Positions 11,534 through 22,100 of a DNA stretch of 64,000 nucleotides are shown piece by piece. The DNA comes from Potamolinea sp. (lineage in GTDB: Bacteria > Cyanobacteriota > Cyanobacteriia > Cyanobacteriales > Coleofasciculaceae). Each line of letters opens with the position of its first letter. The stretch's first letter is position 1. A program made the translations under genes and the position numbers. The stretch is from assembly GCA_042408245.1 (NCBI GenBank), contig JAYFMV010000019.1:3511-67510 (forward strand), given 5' to 3'. The notes under the pieces were generated by a model. The model made no database searches and was not told the DNA's origin. It worked only from the letters and a program-made list of their open reading frames with translations.

Positions 11534-12655
11534 CTAAGCATCGCCTGGTCGATAAACATCGCCAACGCTATGGTCGGAATTGATTTCAATCACCAGGTCT
11601 ACCAAATTGGGGTTTCTGGTCAGAGGTGTAATGAATAACTCTGGGTGCAGCGATCGCCAAAAATAGTTGACAAATTCACCAATTTGTGAAGTAGACATAC
11701 CAGATTTACCAGTAGTAATCATTTGCTGTTCCGCTTGAAGCCGCCACTGTTGACTGAGATGGTAGTCAGTGGGATAAAGCAGCATCAATCGGTCTAAGCG
11801 TTCCCACAAAGGCAAATACTCCCGCAACTGCTGATTCATATCACGAGCAAAAGAACGGTCAGCAGCAGTCTGAATCGGTTCTGGTGTTGCAGAGTCAAAC
11901 ACAGTTGGGTCAATTGGTCTAACACCAACAAACCAGCCTTCAAAAAGCACAATATCAATATTTTTCACCATTTCTGGATCAGTTCTGTCACCGGCACCCC
12001 CCCAAGCCGACTTCTCAAAGCGAGGTACAAGGATAGGTTGTCCTAGATTGGGAGTGCGTAATTGGTCTAAAACCTGCTTCCCTAGCTCAAGATCATGGGT
12101 TCCCGGTGGGCCGCGTCTTCCTAAGCGGGGGTCTAGCTTTTGCAGGTGTTGGCGTTCGCTGTAGGTTTTGTAGAGGTCATCGAGGGAAAGGCTGAGAGTG
12201 CCCAACGCTAAGTGCTTGAGAATCAAACTCAGGACAGCACAAAGGGTCGTTTTGCCAGTTCCCTGTCCCCCTAAGATTCCTTGGACGAAAGGACGGCCTA
12301 GTTTTTGCTGGATTGACGACAGTTGCATTGCTAGGGGAATCCAAAGTTTCCAGAGGGATAAAAGGATTTTGGCTTTTGACTCCCCCCCTTGGTAAGGGGG
12401 GGTTGGGGGGGATGAGATTAAAAATGGGAGAGAGAAGATATCTGGGTAGACAGAGTGGAAGATCAGCGATCGCTCCTGAAGTATCTCTTGCGCATTTGTC
12501 TGGGTGATACCAAAAGCTTTTGCTCGTTGTGACAAAGCTAGTTCCTCAGTTATCAAATATTGCCATTCCCAAGCGCTTAGTGTGTGACCTGTGGCTAAGT
12601 TATTGAGGATTTGACTTAAGGATATATTTGGTTGCGACATAGCATCAAGAGCCAA
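11534..12655 (-). CDS. D-glycerate 3-kinase (plant/cyanobacterial GLYK type)
   Basis: P-loop GILGGQGTGKTTLCAVL. The overall layout matches GLYK. The gene carries an internal G/C-rich hairpin insert (12360-12430) encoding SSPPTPPYQGGESKA. Confidence 0.75.
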   Translation of the reverse strand: MALDAMSQPNISLSQILNNLATGHTLSAWEWQYLITEELALSQRAKAFGITQTNAQEILQERSLIFHSVYPDIFSLPFLISSPPTPPYQGGESKAKILLSLWKLWIPLAMQLSSIQQKLGRPFVQGILGGQGTGKTTLCAVLSLILKHLALGTLSLSLDDLYKTYSERQHLQKLDPRLGRRGPPGTHDLELGKQVLDQLRTPNLGQPILVPRFEKSAWGGAGDRTDPEMVKNIDIVLFEGWFVGVRPIDPTVFDSATPEPIQTAADRSFARDMNQQLREYLPLWERLDRLMLLYPTDYHLSQQWRLQAEQQMITTGKSGMSTSQIGEFVNYFWRSLHPELFITPLTRNPNLVDLVIEINSDHSVGDVYRPGDA

Positions 12656-13037
12656 TTTTGAAAGCTTCGAGAAACAAACTGTAAGTCAGACCAATTTTCA
12701 GATAATTAATGACTTCAACAAACAACGAACGTCTAGAAACACCTTCTGTAGATTGTACGCGCCGCTGATTGCTGCCATAAACAAGCCGGCTAACAGCTTC
12801 TGTGAACAGAAGCAAAATAAGGGCACCAACTATGTCCCACTCAGCAGCTTGTCCCACTGAAGTAGGAATTGCCGAACCCAGGAACACACCAAAGAGAAAA
12901 CTAATCAATATTAAAGAGAAGCGTCGCCAGGGATTAGTAAACCATTGTCCCAACTGCGCCAAGATAACATTAACTAGATTATTGAGCCTAGTATTCTGCA
13001 TAACTCCACAACCAATGATAAAGTTTATTTTTAACAA
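12645..13037 (-). CDS. Ycf20-like DUF565 membrane protein
   Basis: C-terminal LFLEAFKIGS and two TM helices. The likely start is the internal MQNTRL (12998). Its 3' end overlaps the glycerate kinase start by 11 nt. Confidence 0.6.
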   Translation of the reverse strand: MLKINFIIGCGVMQNTRLNNLVNVILAQLGQWFTNPWRRFSLILISFLFGVFLGSAIPTSVGQAAEWDIVGALILLLFTEAVSRLVYGSNQRRVQSTEGVSRRSLFVEVINYLKIGLTYSLFLEAFKIGS

Positions 13038-13196
13038 AATTGCCAGAAAATCAATTAATTTTGCGAAATTTTTGGCTTACTAGAACATTCAAAAATAAAC
13101 TGCTTTTGTGTCCTTGATTTTTGTGCTAATTGTTCTTTCCCACTCTCCCCAATCCAAACATTTACACAGTGGTGTAGCCTCAGACCCTTAAAGCCC

Positions 13197-13751
13197 ATGA
13201 AAAATCTTAAAATTACACTTTATCCTCTAATTATTGGTGTTTTACTCTTAGGAATAGCCACTTTAGGCCTGAGATTGATTCAAGTTACGGTTTGGATCGA
13301 GCCAGAAATACCAGATATTTCCTCTATACCAGAAATTTCGCCACCCGAAGCACCAAAAATAGAAAAGCCAAAAGTATCGCCGAGCTTACCTACCCCAGAC
13401 ACAAAACCTGAGAAAAGTCCAGATCCAGCCGAGGTAGAAGCGCGTCAGGGAGCTTTACGGGTAAGTAATCCAACCGCACATCCGATCCGCGTTGCGTTAC
13501 TATCACGTCAGTCATCAGATAAAGCTTACGTAGAACCAGCGCATTGGGATTTTTCACCGCTGGAAGGTGGAACTCAAGGATTGAGGCTTTCGCTACCTCA
13601 AGGAAATCTGAAGCTGAAAAAAGGAGATATTCTCGTTGCTTTCGCTCAAGATGGCTCCCGTCAGTACTGGGGGCCGTTTGTAGTAGGTGAAACGTCAATT
13701 CCTGTCTGGAATCCAGAGAAAGCTGAATGGCTGCTAAATTTGCAACCTTGA
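13197..13751 (+). CDS. hypothetical exported/membrane-anchored protein with Pro-rich linker
   Basis: 184 aa with an N-terminal TM/signal-anchor. REP-like hairpins follow at 13800-13880. Confidence 0.5.
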   Translation: MKNLKITLYPLIIGVLLLGIATLGLRLIQVTVWIEPEIPDISSIPEISPPEAPKIEKPKVSPSLPTPDTKPEKSPDPAEVEARQGALRVSNPTAHPIRVALLSRQSSDKAYVEPAHWDFSPLEGGTQGLRLSLPQGNLKLKKGDILVAFAQDGSRQYWGPFVVGETSIPVWNPEKAEWLLNLQP

Positions 13752-14035
13752 GGCTTGTTTGCCAATCTATACCAGCAGGCTATAAGGCCCTGGGGCTATA
13801 AAAACAAAGCCTGCCTACGCAGGCTTACAGTATAGTCCGCGTAGGCGGACTTCGTTCTTGTAGCCGCGACTTTAGTCGTTAGGCGTTTTTGCAAAATTGG
13901 GATGCAACCTTGACACTGGGCTCTGAGGGCTTGATATTCAACAAGGGAACTGCGAGCTTGTATCAAAGTCATCAAAGATACGAGCAGTGGTATGGTAGCA
14001 TTTGCCGTTAAATTAAGGTCTGGGAAGATAAATTC

Positions 14036-15877
14036 TTGGAGCGAGGCATATTTTTGGCAGTATTTTCCAGCATGAAACATCTAGTTAGGCAAGGATTAAA
14101 AATCAAAGAGCGACATCCTGCAATTGCTTGGGGATTAGCAATTTTGTGGCTACTGTTAATTAGTTTCCTCGCTTTCTTTTGGAACTTAGGTAACACTGGC
14201 TTAATTGATGAAACTGAACCACTGTTTGCAGAAGCGTCTCGACAGATGACAGTGACGGGAGATTGGATTACTCCCTACTTCAATACTGTCACTCGCTTTG
14301 ATAAACCGGCTCTGATTTACTGGTGTCAGGCGATCGCTTACAAAATCTTTGCAGTCAATGAATTTGCTACCCGACTCCCTTCAGCACTAGCCGGATTGGC
14401 ACTCACAAGTCTAACTTTCTACACCTTAAAATATTTTGGCAATTTGATTGGAGATTGGAGAGCCAAGGAGCAGGATTCTGCATTCACCACCGCATCCCAA
14501 TGGCAATCCTGGTTAGTAGCATGTATGGGTTCAGCAATGGTGGCCTTACATCCCCTAACCTTGTTTTTTGGACGTACTGGCTACTCAGATATGTTGCTGA
14601 GTTTATGTTTTGGTGGAGCGCTACTATCTTTTTTTCTAGGTTATGCTCAACCAGAATTACCAAAAGTTCAGGAACGTTGGTATTTAGCTTTTTACGTTTT
14701 GATGGCTTTAGCTGTTTTAACTAAAGGGCCAGTGGGAGTTGTTCTACCTGGTTTGATTATTATTTCTTTCCTAATTTATGTTGGCAAAATCAGGGAAGTT
14801 CTTGGGGAAATGCGTCTGATTCGGGGCGCCATAATTTTTCTGACTATCAGCGTACCTTGGTTTGTTCTGGTAATTTTGCGTAACGGCGATGCTTATATTA
14901 ACTCCTTTTTTGGTGTACACAATTTTGAAAGATTTACTAGCGTCGTCAATGCTCATCAAGGGCCTTGGTACTTTCACATTTTGATAGTATTACTTGGCTT
15001 TGCCCCTTGGTCGATTGGATTACCGAGCGCGATCGCCAATATTAAAGTTTTCCAGCGACGCCATTGGCAACAATCACCCCGCAAATTCCATCTCGGACTA
15101 TTTGCCTTATTTTGGTTCGTGATTGTCCTAACTTTTTTTACCATTGCCGTTACCAAATATTTTAGCTACAGCTTACCGCTGATACCTGCGGCTGCAATTC
15201 TCCTAGCACTTTGGTGGAGTGAACAGATTGTACAAGGACAAATTTTCCAGCAACAAAGCCGCAGCTTAAAGTTAACCAGTATTGTGAGTATCATCTTTTT
15301 TATAATACTTGCAGGTGCTTGTTTCTGGAGTCCAAACTGGTTGAAAACTGAAGCTACTATGCCTAATCTTGGCTGGCGGATCAGCCAAGCAGGTTTGTCT
15401 AATTTCGGGGCAATTGTTTGGGGAGGAAGTACAATTGCTGGAATTGTTCTACTACTGAGGCGTCAAATTCATTTACTATGGGGAGTAAAATTTTGGGGAT
15501 TTGTTGCCTTCTTGATGTTTGTAATTATGCCAGCTTCATTCATCCTTGATGCTGAACGCCAGTTGCCTTTGCGCCAAATTGCTCAATCTATCGTTCAGGT
15601 AAGAACATCCGGGGAAGAAGTGATGATGATTCCAGAAACATTTGAAAAGCCAAGCTTGGTTTTTTACACAAAACGACCTGTAACTTTTTTACGGTCTGCT
15701 TCAGAAGCTGTTCCCCGTATTCAGAAAAAAAACAAACAATTTAATCCCAAATCTGTACTGTTGATCGGTAGTAGTAAATCTCTCAAAGAAGCAGGGTTGC
15801 AACCAAAGCAGTATAAGTTAATTACTAAGGCGGGCATTTACCAGTTAGTTCGCGTACCAAGGGTAGGAGTTCGCTAA
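14036..15877 (+). CDS. GT39/GT83 ArnT/PMT-family glycosyltransferase (polytopic membrane)
   Basis: 613 aa and more than 10 TM segments. N-terminal DETEPLFAEASRQM...YF...TRFDKPALIYW loop, typical of dolichyl/undecaprenyl-phosphate sugar transferases. Confidence 0.8.
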   Translation: MERGIFLAVFSSMKHLVRQGLKIKERHPAIAWGLAILWLLLISFLAFFWNLGNTGLIDETEPLFAEASRQMTVTGDWITPYFNTVTRFDKPALIYWCQAIAYKIFAVNEFATRLPSALAGLALTSLTFYTLKYFGNLIGDWRAKEQDSAFTTASQWQSWLVACMGSAMVALHPLTLFFGRTGYSDMLLSLCFGGALLSFFLGYAQPELPKVQERWYLAFYVLMALAVLTKGPVGVVLPGLIIISFLIYVGKIREVLGEMRLIRGAIIFLTISVPWFVLVILRNGDAYINSFFGVHNFERFTSVVNAHQGPWYFHILIVLLGFAPWSIGLPSAIANIKVFQRRHWQQSPRKFHLGLFALFWFVIVLTFFTIAVTKYFSYSLPLIPAAAILLALWWSEQIVQGQIFQQQSRSLKLTSIVSIIFFIILAGACFWSPNWLKTEATMPNLGWRISQAGLSNFGAIVWGGSTIAGIVLLLRRQIHLLWGVKFWGFVAFLMFVIMPASFILDAERQLPLRQIAQSIVQVRTSGEEVMMIPETFEKPSLVFYTKRPVTFLRSASEAVPRIQKKNKQFNPKSVLLIGSSKSLKEAGLQPKQYKLITKAGIYQLVRVPRVGVR

Positions 15878-17529
15878 TGCAGACAATTCAGAAATGGTTA
15901 GCTCAAAAATCTAATCATTCAGTAATTTATTTGTTAATTGGGGGATTGCTGTTTCGCAGTTTAATTGCTTTTTGGCTGTTCCCTGGTTTTGATGAAGCCT
16001 ATTACTATGTCTACACCTTAAATTTGGATTGGAGTTATTTTGACCATCCAGCTTTAGTAGGGCTAACTACTGCTTTTGGTCCCTGGTTAACGGGAGAAGT
16101 CTCACAATTTACGATTCGTCTGGGAACGCTAATTTTACATACAGGAAGTTTGTTGTTGCTGTATCTAACCAGTGCTAAACTCTTCTCAACAAAAGCTGCT
16201 AATTTTACTTTAATTATCGCTTCCATCACCCCAATTTTTCTAGTTGGCTTTGGAACCTTCACTTTACCAGACAATCCTTTGATATTTTTCTGGTCAGCTA
16301 GTTTGTATTGTGCCTCCTGTGAATTTTTTGGGCAATCTTCAACTCAAAATTCCGATTCTGATACATCTCTTCCCTATCTCCCCAGCTACCGATTAGTAAT
16401 TCTTAGTATCCTTGTTGGTTTAGCCTGTTTAGGTAAATATCACGGCTTTGTATTAGGCTTCGGATTAGTTGCTTTTTGTTTGACAAGTCCCCGTCATCGT
16501 TCCGCACTACTATCACCTTGGGCCTGGTTGGGATTAAGCTTGTTTATCCTGACAATTTCCCCAATTTTGTTATGGAATATGCAGCATGAGTGGGTATCTT
16601 TGCGTTTTCAATCAGAGCGCGGAGTGCCTAGAGGAGGTTACAATTTCCTGAGTGTATTAGGCATATTTTCAGTTCATGTAGTTTATTTATTCCCCACTAT
16701 CGGATTACCTCTATGGTGGCTAAGTTTGCGGTCATTTTTTAGGAAAACAACTCAACTTTTTTCCCATAAATTGCCAACTTACGATAGAGATTTAGGGGAA
16801 AAGCAGTTATTAATTTTATGGGTATCCCTACCTTTAACTTTAGGATTTACCTTCATGGCAGGATATCAACAAATTTTGCCTACTTGGCCGATGCCAGGAT
16901 TTTGGGGGATAACTTTACTGTTAGGAGAATATACAGTTAGATGGGAGCAACAATCTCGGCTTTGGGTGCGTCGCTGGCTACAAGGTTCGGGAATTGTCAT
17001 CGGTATCAGTTTACTGCTTGCTCTACTCCATGTCACCACAGGAACGCTACAAAAGCCTAGTCAATACTCCCTACTGGGAGGGTTTTGGTCGCCTAAAGAT
17101 GACCCTTCAACAGAGTTGATTGATATTCAGCAAATGCGGCACGGTTTTGTGGAATCTCCGGTGCTAAGTGCAGCTTTGCGGGACTCTGGCTTTATATTTA
17201 CTAATGGCTATTACTTAGGTGGACTGATTGCGATGGCTCTTCATCCTATAAATCAAACACCGATTACTTGCTTTAGTTCTGATCTGCGTGGTTTTGCTTT
17301 TTGGTCGAAGCCAGATCAATGGTTAGGAAAAGATGCTTTGTATATTACTCTGGCTCGCTTTAAGGAAAAAAAAGAGCTACTGGAACGATATCAGAATTAT
17401 TTTAGCAGTATGCAGGAGATTGGAACGGTACCAATTAAACGAGGTGGGGCAATTACAGAAGTTATTTATGTTTATCAAGCCAAGAATTTACTAAAGCCTT
17501 ATCCTCGTCCTTATGGGATTAAAAATTAA
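15877..17529 (+). CDS. second GT39/GT83 ArnT-like glycosyltransferase (paralog)
   Basis: 550 aa, polytopic, FDEAYYYVYTLNLDWSYFDHPAL loop. Its start overlaps the upstream stop (TAATG). Confidence 0.75.
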   Translation: MQTIQKWLAQKSNHSVIYLLIGGLLFRSLIAFWLFPGFDEAYYYVYTLNLDWSYFDHPALVGLTTAFGPWLTGEVSQFTIRLGTLILHTGSLLLLYLTSAKLFSTKAANFTLIIASITPIFLVGFGTFTLPDNPLIFFWSASLYCASCEFFGQSSTQNSDSDTSLPYLPSYRLVILSILVGLACLGKYHGFVLGFGLVAFCLTSPRHRSALLSPWAWLGLSLFILTISPILLWNMQHEWVSLRFQSERGVPRGGYNFLSVLGIFSVHVVYLFPTIGLPLWWLSLRSFFRKTTQLFSHKLPTYDRDLGEKQLLILWVSLPLTLGFTFMAGYQQILPTWPMPGFWGITLLLGEYTVRWEQQSRLWVRRWLQGSGIVIGISLLLALLHVTTGTLQKPSQYSLLGGFWSPKDDPSTELIDIQQMRHGFVESPVLSAALRDSGFIFTNGYYLGGLIAMALHPINQTPITCFSSDLRGFAFWSKPDQWLGKDALYITLARFKEKKELLERYQNYFSSMQEIGTVPIKRGGAITEVIYVYQAKNLLKPYPRPYGIKN

Positions 17530-17748
17530 AATCTTGTGGTGTTTTGATTAAATATCTAACAATTAATAATTAAGCTCGAATTCTTTGGTATTGGAATAAT
17601 ATGTTTTTTTAACGCAGAGAGCGCAGAGAGAGAAGACGCAGAGGGACGCAGAGGTTTTTGAATATTTTCGAGAGAGAAATGAGCTAACAACTAACAACCG
17701 TTTTCATGCCTGTAGGGCTGTACAACTAACAACAAATAACAAATAACT

Positions 17749-18915
17749 ATGACATTTGGTAAATCAAAATCTCTGTTTTTTCTAATTCCTGGTATATCGG
17801 TTATGGATCGATATATTGCTTCTGAGTTAATACCGCCGTTTCTCTTTGGAGTTGGCGCTTTTTCTTCAGTAGGAGTGGCAATCGGCACTTTATTTGATTT
17901 GGTGCGGAAAGTAACTGAAGCAGGATTACCGATGGAGATTGCGGTTAGAGTAATGATGTTGCAGATGCCACAGTTTATTGCTTATGCTTTCCCAATGTCT
18001 ACGCTCTTAGCAGCAATGATGACCTATTCTCGCCTCAGTAGCGATAGTGAATTGATTGCTCTACGTAGCTGTGGTGTTAGTATTTACCGGATGGTTGTTC
18101 CTACTGTAATTTTGAGTTTGATGGTTACGGGTACAACTTTTGTCTTCAATGAAGTTGTTGTTCCTGCTGCTAACCGCGAGGCTGCCGTTACTCTACAAAA
18201 AGCGTTGAAGGAGGAAAAGCCATCTTTTCAGGAAAATAATATTTTCTATCCAGAATATGGGGAAGTTACGCAACCAGATGGTAAGAAAAGTAGGATGATC
18301 AAGCGTTTGTTCTACGCTGATAAGTTTGATGGCGAACGCATGAAGGGTTTGACTATTTTGGATTGGTCACAGCAAGGTTTGAGTCAAATTGTGACTTCTG
18401 AATCAGCTATTTGGAACCCGGAAGAAAGTACGTGGGATTTTTTCAAAGGTACTATATATGTTGTTTCTCCGGATGCTTCTTATCGCAATATCCTGCGCTT
18501 TGAAAATCAACAGATAAAACTTCCCAGAACGCCCCTTGATTTGGTTGGTAAGGAAAAAGATTCCGCTCAGATGAATATTTCTCAAATCAAAGAATATATG
18601 GAAGTCCTGCGAGTTAGTGGTGATACGAAAAAAATTCGTCGGCTGACTTTGCGTATTCAACAAAAAACTGCTTTTCCTTTTGTTTGTCTGGTATTTGGGC
18701 TGATAGGTGCGGTTTTGGGAATCAAACCTCAACGTACTGGTAAAGCTACCAGTTTTGGTATTAGTGTTGTGATTATTTTTACTTACTATTTATTAGGTTT
18801 CATCACTGAAGCATTGGGTTTGTCTGGAGTATTTTCTCCTTTTCTGGCTGGCTGGTTTCCCAATATGTTCGGTTTAAGTGCCGGTGGATTTCTGCTATTC
18901 AAAGCAGCACGATAG
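17749..18915 (+). CDS. LptF/LptG-family (YjgP/YjgQ) permease
   Basis: MDRYIASELIPPFLFGVGAF, probable true start 17803. Periplasmic beta-jellyroll middle region, 6 TM segments. Confidence 0.85.
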   Translation: MTFGKSKSLFFLIPGISVMDRYIASELIPPFLFGVGAFSSVGVAIGTLFDLVRKVTEAGLPMEIAVRVMMLQMPQFIAYAFPMSTLLAAMMTYSRLSSDSELIALRSCGVSIYRMVVPTVILSLMVTGTTFVFNEVVVPAANREAAVTLQKALKEEKPSFQENNIFYPEYGEVTQPDGKKSRMIKRLFYADKFDGERMKGLTILDWSQQGLSQIVTSESAIWNPEESTWDFFKGTIYVVSPDASYRNILRFENQQIKLPRTPLDLVGKEKDSAQMNISQIKEYMEVLRVSGDTKKIRRLTLRIQQKTAFPFVCLVFGLIGAVLGIKPQRTGKATSFGISVVIIFTYYLLGFITEALGLSGVFSPFLAGWFPNMFGLSAGGFLLFKAAR

Positions 18916-19160
18916 TCAGTTGTCAGTTGTCAGTTGTCAGTTGTCAGTTGTACAGCCCTACGGGCATGAAAAACGGTTGTCAGTTGTTATTTGTTGGTTG
19001 TGTAGGGGCGTAGCATTTGCTCCCAAATATTTAGGTATTACCGACCATCTAACAATCGCTTTTGCTACGCCCTTCCTGTCAGTGATCAGTGCTTCTGATT
19101 ATCAATTACCAATTACCAATTACCAATTACCAATTACCAATTACCAATTACCAATTACCT
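18915..19160. repeat. heptamer arrays (CAGTTGT)x5 and (CAATTAC)x8 plus the inverted copy of the 35-bp element seen at 17701-17735
   Basis: Direct reading. ttgtacagccctacgggcatgaaaaacggttgtcagttg (18943-18981) is the reverse complement of aaccgttttcatgcctgtagggctgtacaact (17697-17728). Confidence 0.85.
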
Positions 19161-22100
19161 GTTTTGAGCGAGACTTTGATTAATTTGCTCTAATAATTCG
19201 CTCATGGATTGGGAAGAACCTCGGAGAACTTTGGTAGCGAGGGTTTTTAACAGTGCATCTAGGCCAGAATTTGATTTTCTATTGTTAGTTTTACCTTGCT
19301 TTAAATGCGATGCTTTTGATGTCGCTATCGCTTCTCGAATGCTATCGCTATCTAATCGATGATCTAGCACAAGTATGGGTGGTAGCGTTTGCAGTCCAGT
19401 CAGAGAAAGCAGTTCATTCACCAGTGTTGAAGAGTCGTTAATATCTCTTAAACGAATCACCAGTAAGTCAACGCTTTGTTCTTGAAGTTGACGGTATACT
19501 TCTGTCCAAGAAGACGAAAGTAAGCTTCTAAAGCCAGCAGTTTGGAGGTATTGTATGAAAGCTGGGAGCCAGGAGGCTTGAGAAGTCGGGGTTGTGGAAA
19601 TTTTCGAGCTATCCCCTTCTCCCTGAGCACTCTCCCCAATAACCAAGGAGGGTTGAGGACATTGGGGAATTACCTCAGCTTTCTGGGTGCTGCGTTCTCC
19701 AATGTCCATCACAAGAATGCTGGGCTTGCTGGTCATCCCCACGGCAACTTGAATCACTTGCAATAAGGCAGGCATCTTGGAAGTGCGATCTGATGTTAAA
19801 CAAGGATATACAGTTAGTCCAGTGAGTTGATTTGCCGCCTCTGTTGTCTGGCGATCTAGCGTTACCAGTGGTAAAGAAGTCAAGGCCTTATAGAAGGAGA
19901 ACTCTTCCAAGAAGTTTAGGGGATCGGCAATTTCTACAGTGTCTAGTAAGATGACATCTGGACGCCAAATACGGCTCAATAATTCTGCCTGATCTAAATC
20001 ATCAGCTTCGAGTAATCGGTAATTGAGTTCTGAGTGCTGAACACTTAGGAATTCAGTGAATTCAGAACTGAGTATGGATGAATGAAAGCGCGTATCATCC
20101 CCAACTGGACAGAGGTGGAGAATTGTCAGATTGCTGCTAGTGGGAGGTGAGCTATCGCATAAACAATTCAGATTATGTAATAAGGCTTTTTCTTGCACTG
20201 GTAAGTTTAAGAAGCCATCAGCTTTGTGATGATAAGCCTGTTGTTTTTCTGCCTGTGTTGCTGTTACTAAGACGGGAATATGAAGAGTTTGGGCATCGGA
20301 TTTGAGTACTGTTAAGACATCCCAGCCGGAAAGTTGGGGTAAAAGAGGATTGAGTAAAATTGCACAGGGTTGGAAGCGGCGGGCTTTTTCGATCGCCTCT
20401 GTACCTGATCGAGCAATGATCACTCGATAGCCGAAACTCCTCAGTTGTTCCGTCAAACCTTCCAAATAGCGGGGTACAGTTTCAACAATTAACACCAAAC
20501 GGTTGTGGATGGAGCATTGAGGATTGGGGATTGGGATTTGGGTAATCTCGCCGTCCTCTTCTGAGTTTCCACTTGCTTGAGGAGGACAAGGTGGTAAGAG
20601 AAGGGTAAATTGACTTCCTTCACCTATTTTGGAAATAAAAGAAACATCGCCACCGTGTAAACGAGCAAGGCGTTGAGTTAAGACCAATCCTAAACCTGTT
20701 CCTTCAAAGCGACGGGTGAGGGGTTTTTCCAACTGTTGAAATTTCTGAAAAATCAAGTGCTGTTGCTCCGTTGGGATGCCAATGCCAGTATCCCAGACAG
20801 TGAAAGCAATCCAGCCTTCCCAACGACTGACTCTCAGACCTATTTCACCTCCCTCCTCTGTAAACTTGAGAGCATTAGAAAGTAGGTGCATCAACATTTG
20901 GCGCAGACGCAACTCATCGGCTACAAGAGTTTCTAGTCCCGGTTCGATCTCTAGGGTAAATTTTATTTCCTCTGGGGATTCTTCGTCTTGTGGCTCTTTT
21001 TCTGAGGGTCGTTGTAGCGCTTGAGAATAGGCGCGATCGCATACAGCCTGAACCTGCACCGGCTCCAAAGTCAGTTCCATCTGACCTGTTTCCATGCGAG
21101 TTAAATCCAGGATATCGTTGACCACGGCCATTAGCTGACGCCCACTTTGATAAATCAGTTTGGCATAGCGAGCTTGGCGATCATTTAGTTTCCCTAATGT
21201 CTGATCTTTCAGGAGCGTTGATAAACCCAAAACAGCAGTAAGAGGCGTCTTAAGTTCGTGGCTAATACAAGCTAAAAACTCATCTTTCAGTCGATTTAGT
21301 TGTACTAAATCGGCATTTTTTGCTGTCAATTCTTGGGCAACCTGTTGCTGTTCCGTGGTGTCTTGAGCTAGCACTAACCACAGATTAGTTGTTGGCGATT
21401 GGGAAGATTGATAGGAATTTGTCGAGGAATTTTCCCCAATTTCGTAGGATAGTTGTCCCGCCTGTCCTATCCAGTCTCTCTCTTTTAAAATAGACTTCGG
21501 CAGGGGAATTTTCACAAAAGAGAAGACGCGATCGATGCCATTTTTTCGCATTTCTGAAGCTGGTACGAAAGCCTCCCAAGCAGTTGGAGAATCTTGGAAG
21601 TTGAGCAGCGGTGGTTCTTCTAGGAGCGATCGCAATTGAGAAACCGTTGCAGCCATGCGGGGGGTATCAAGGGCACAGTAGCGTTCTCTAGCAGCTTGAG
21701 CAACAGGTTGATACTGCTGTTTTGTAACATTTCTCAGAGGATTGGGCGATGTCCTTCGGACAGGCTTCGTCAACCGAGAAGCGTAGGCTTCACCCAATCG
21801 CCCCACAGAAGCAGTCGCGGCGTTTTGTTGTTGTACACTGCTAGATTGGGTTGATTGCAGCTCACGCGCTGGAGCATCTAACCCAGGAGCAGGACTAAAT
21901 CTAATACAGCCCAGATTAGGCGATGTCCCAATCAGAGTCCGCCAAGTGAGATTTTCAGCCAGTATTTGCCCCGTAGAGGTTTGTATGCTTAGGGGTAAAG
22001 GCAGTTGTTCTAACAGTGGGACTAAAGAATTGAGCATCGCTGGTTCCGGTTCTTCCAGAGTACTCGCACCCACATCAGTTGCTGTTAGTTTTGGTGCCAA

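Noticed and set aside
12198-12507. Two small + strand ORFs inside the glycerate kinase gene
   Set aside because: They are generated by the G/C-rich hairpin insert (gggggggttggggggg) and lie antisense to a confident CDS.
14455-15156. Small ORFs (14455-14724 plus, 14771-14977 minus, 14974-15156 minus) within the first GT39 gene
   Set aside because: They are alternative frames or antisense within a confident polytopic membrane-protein CDS.
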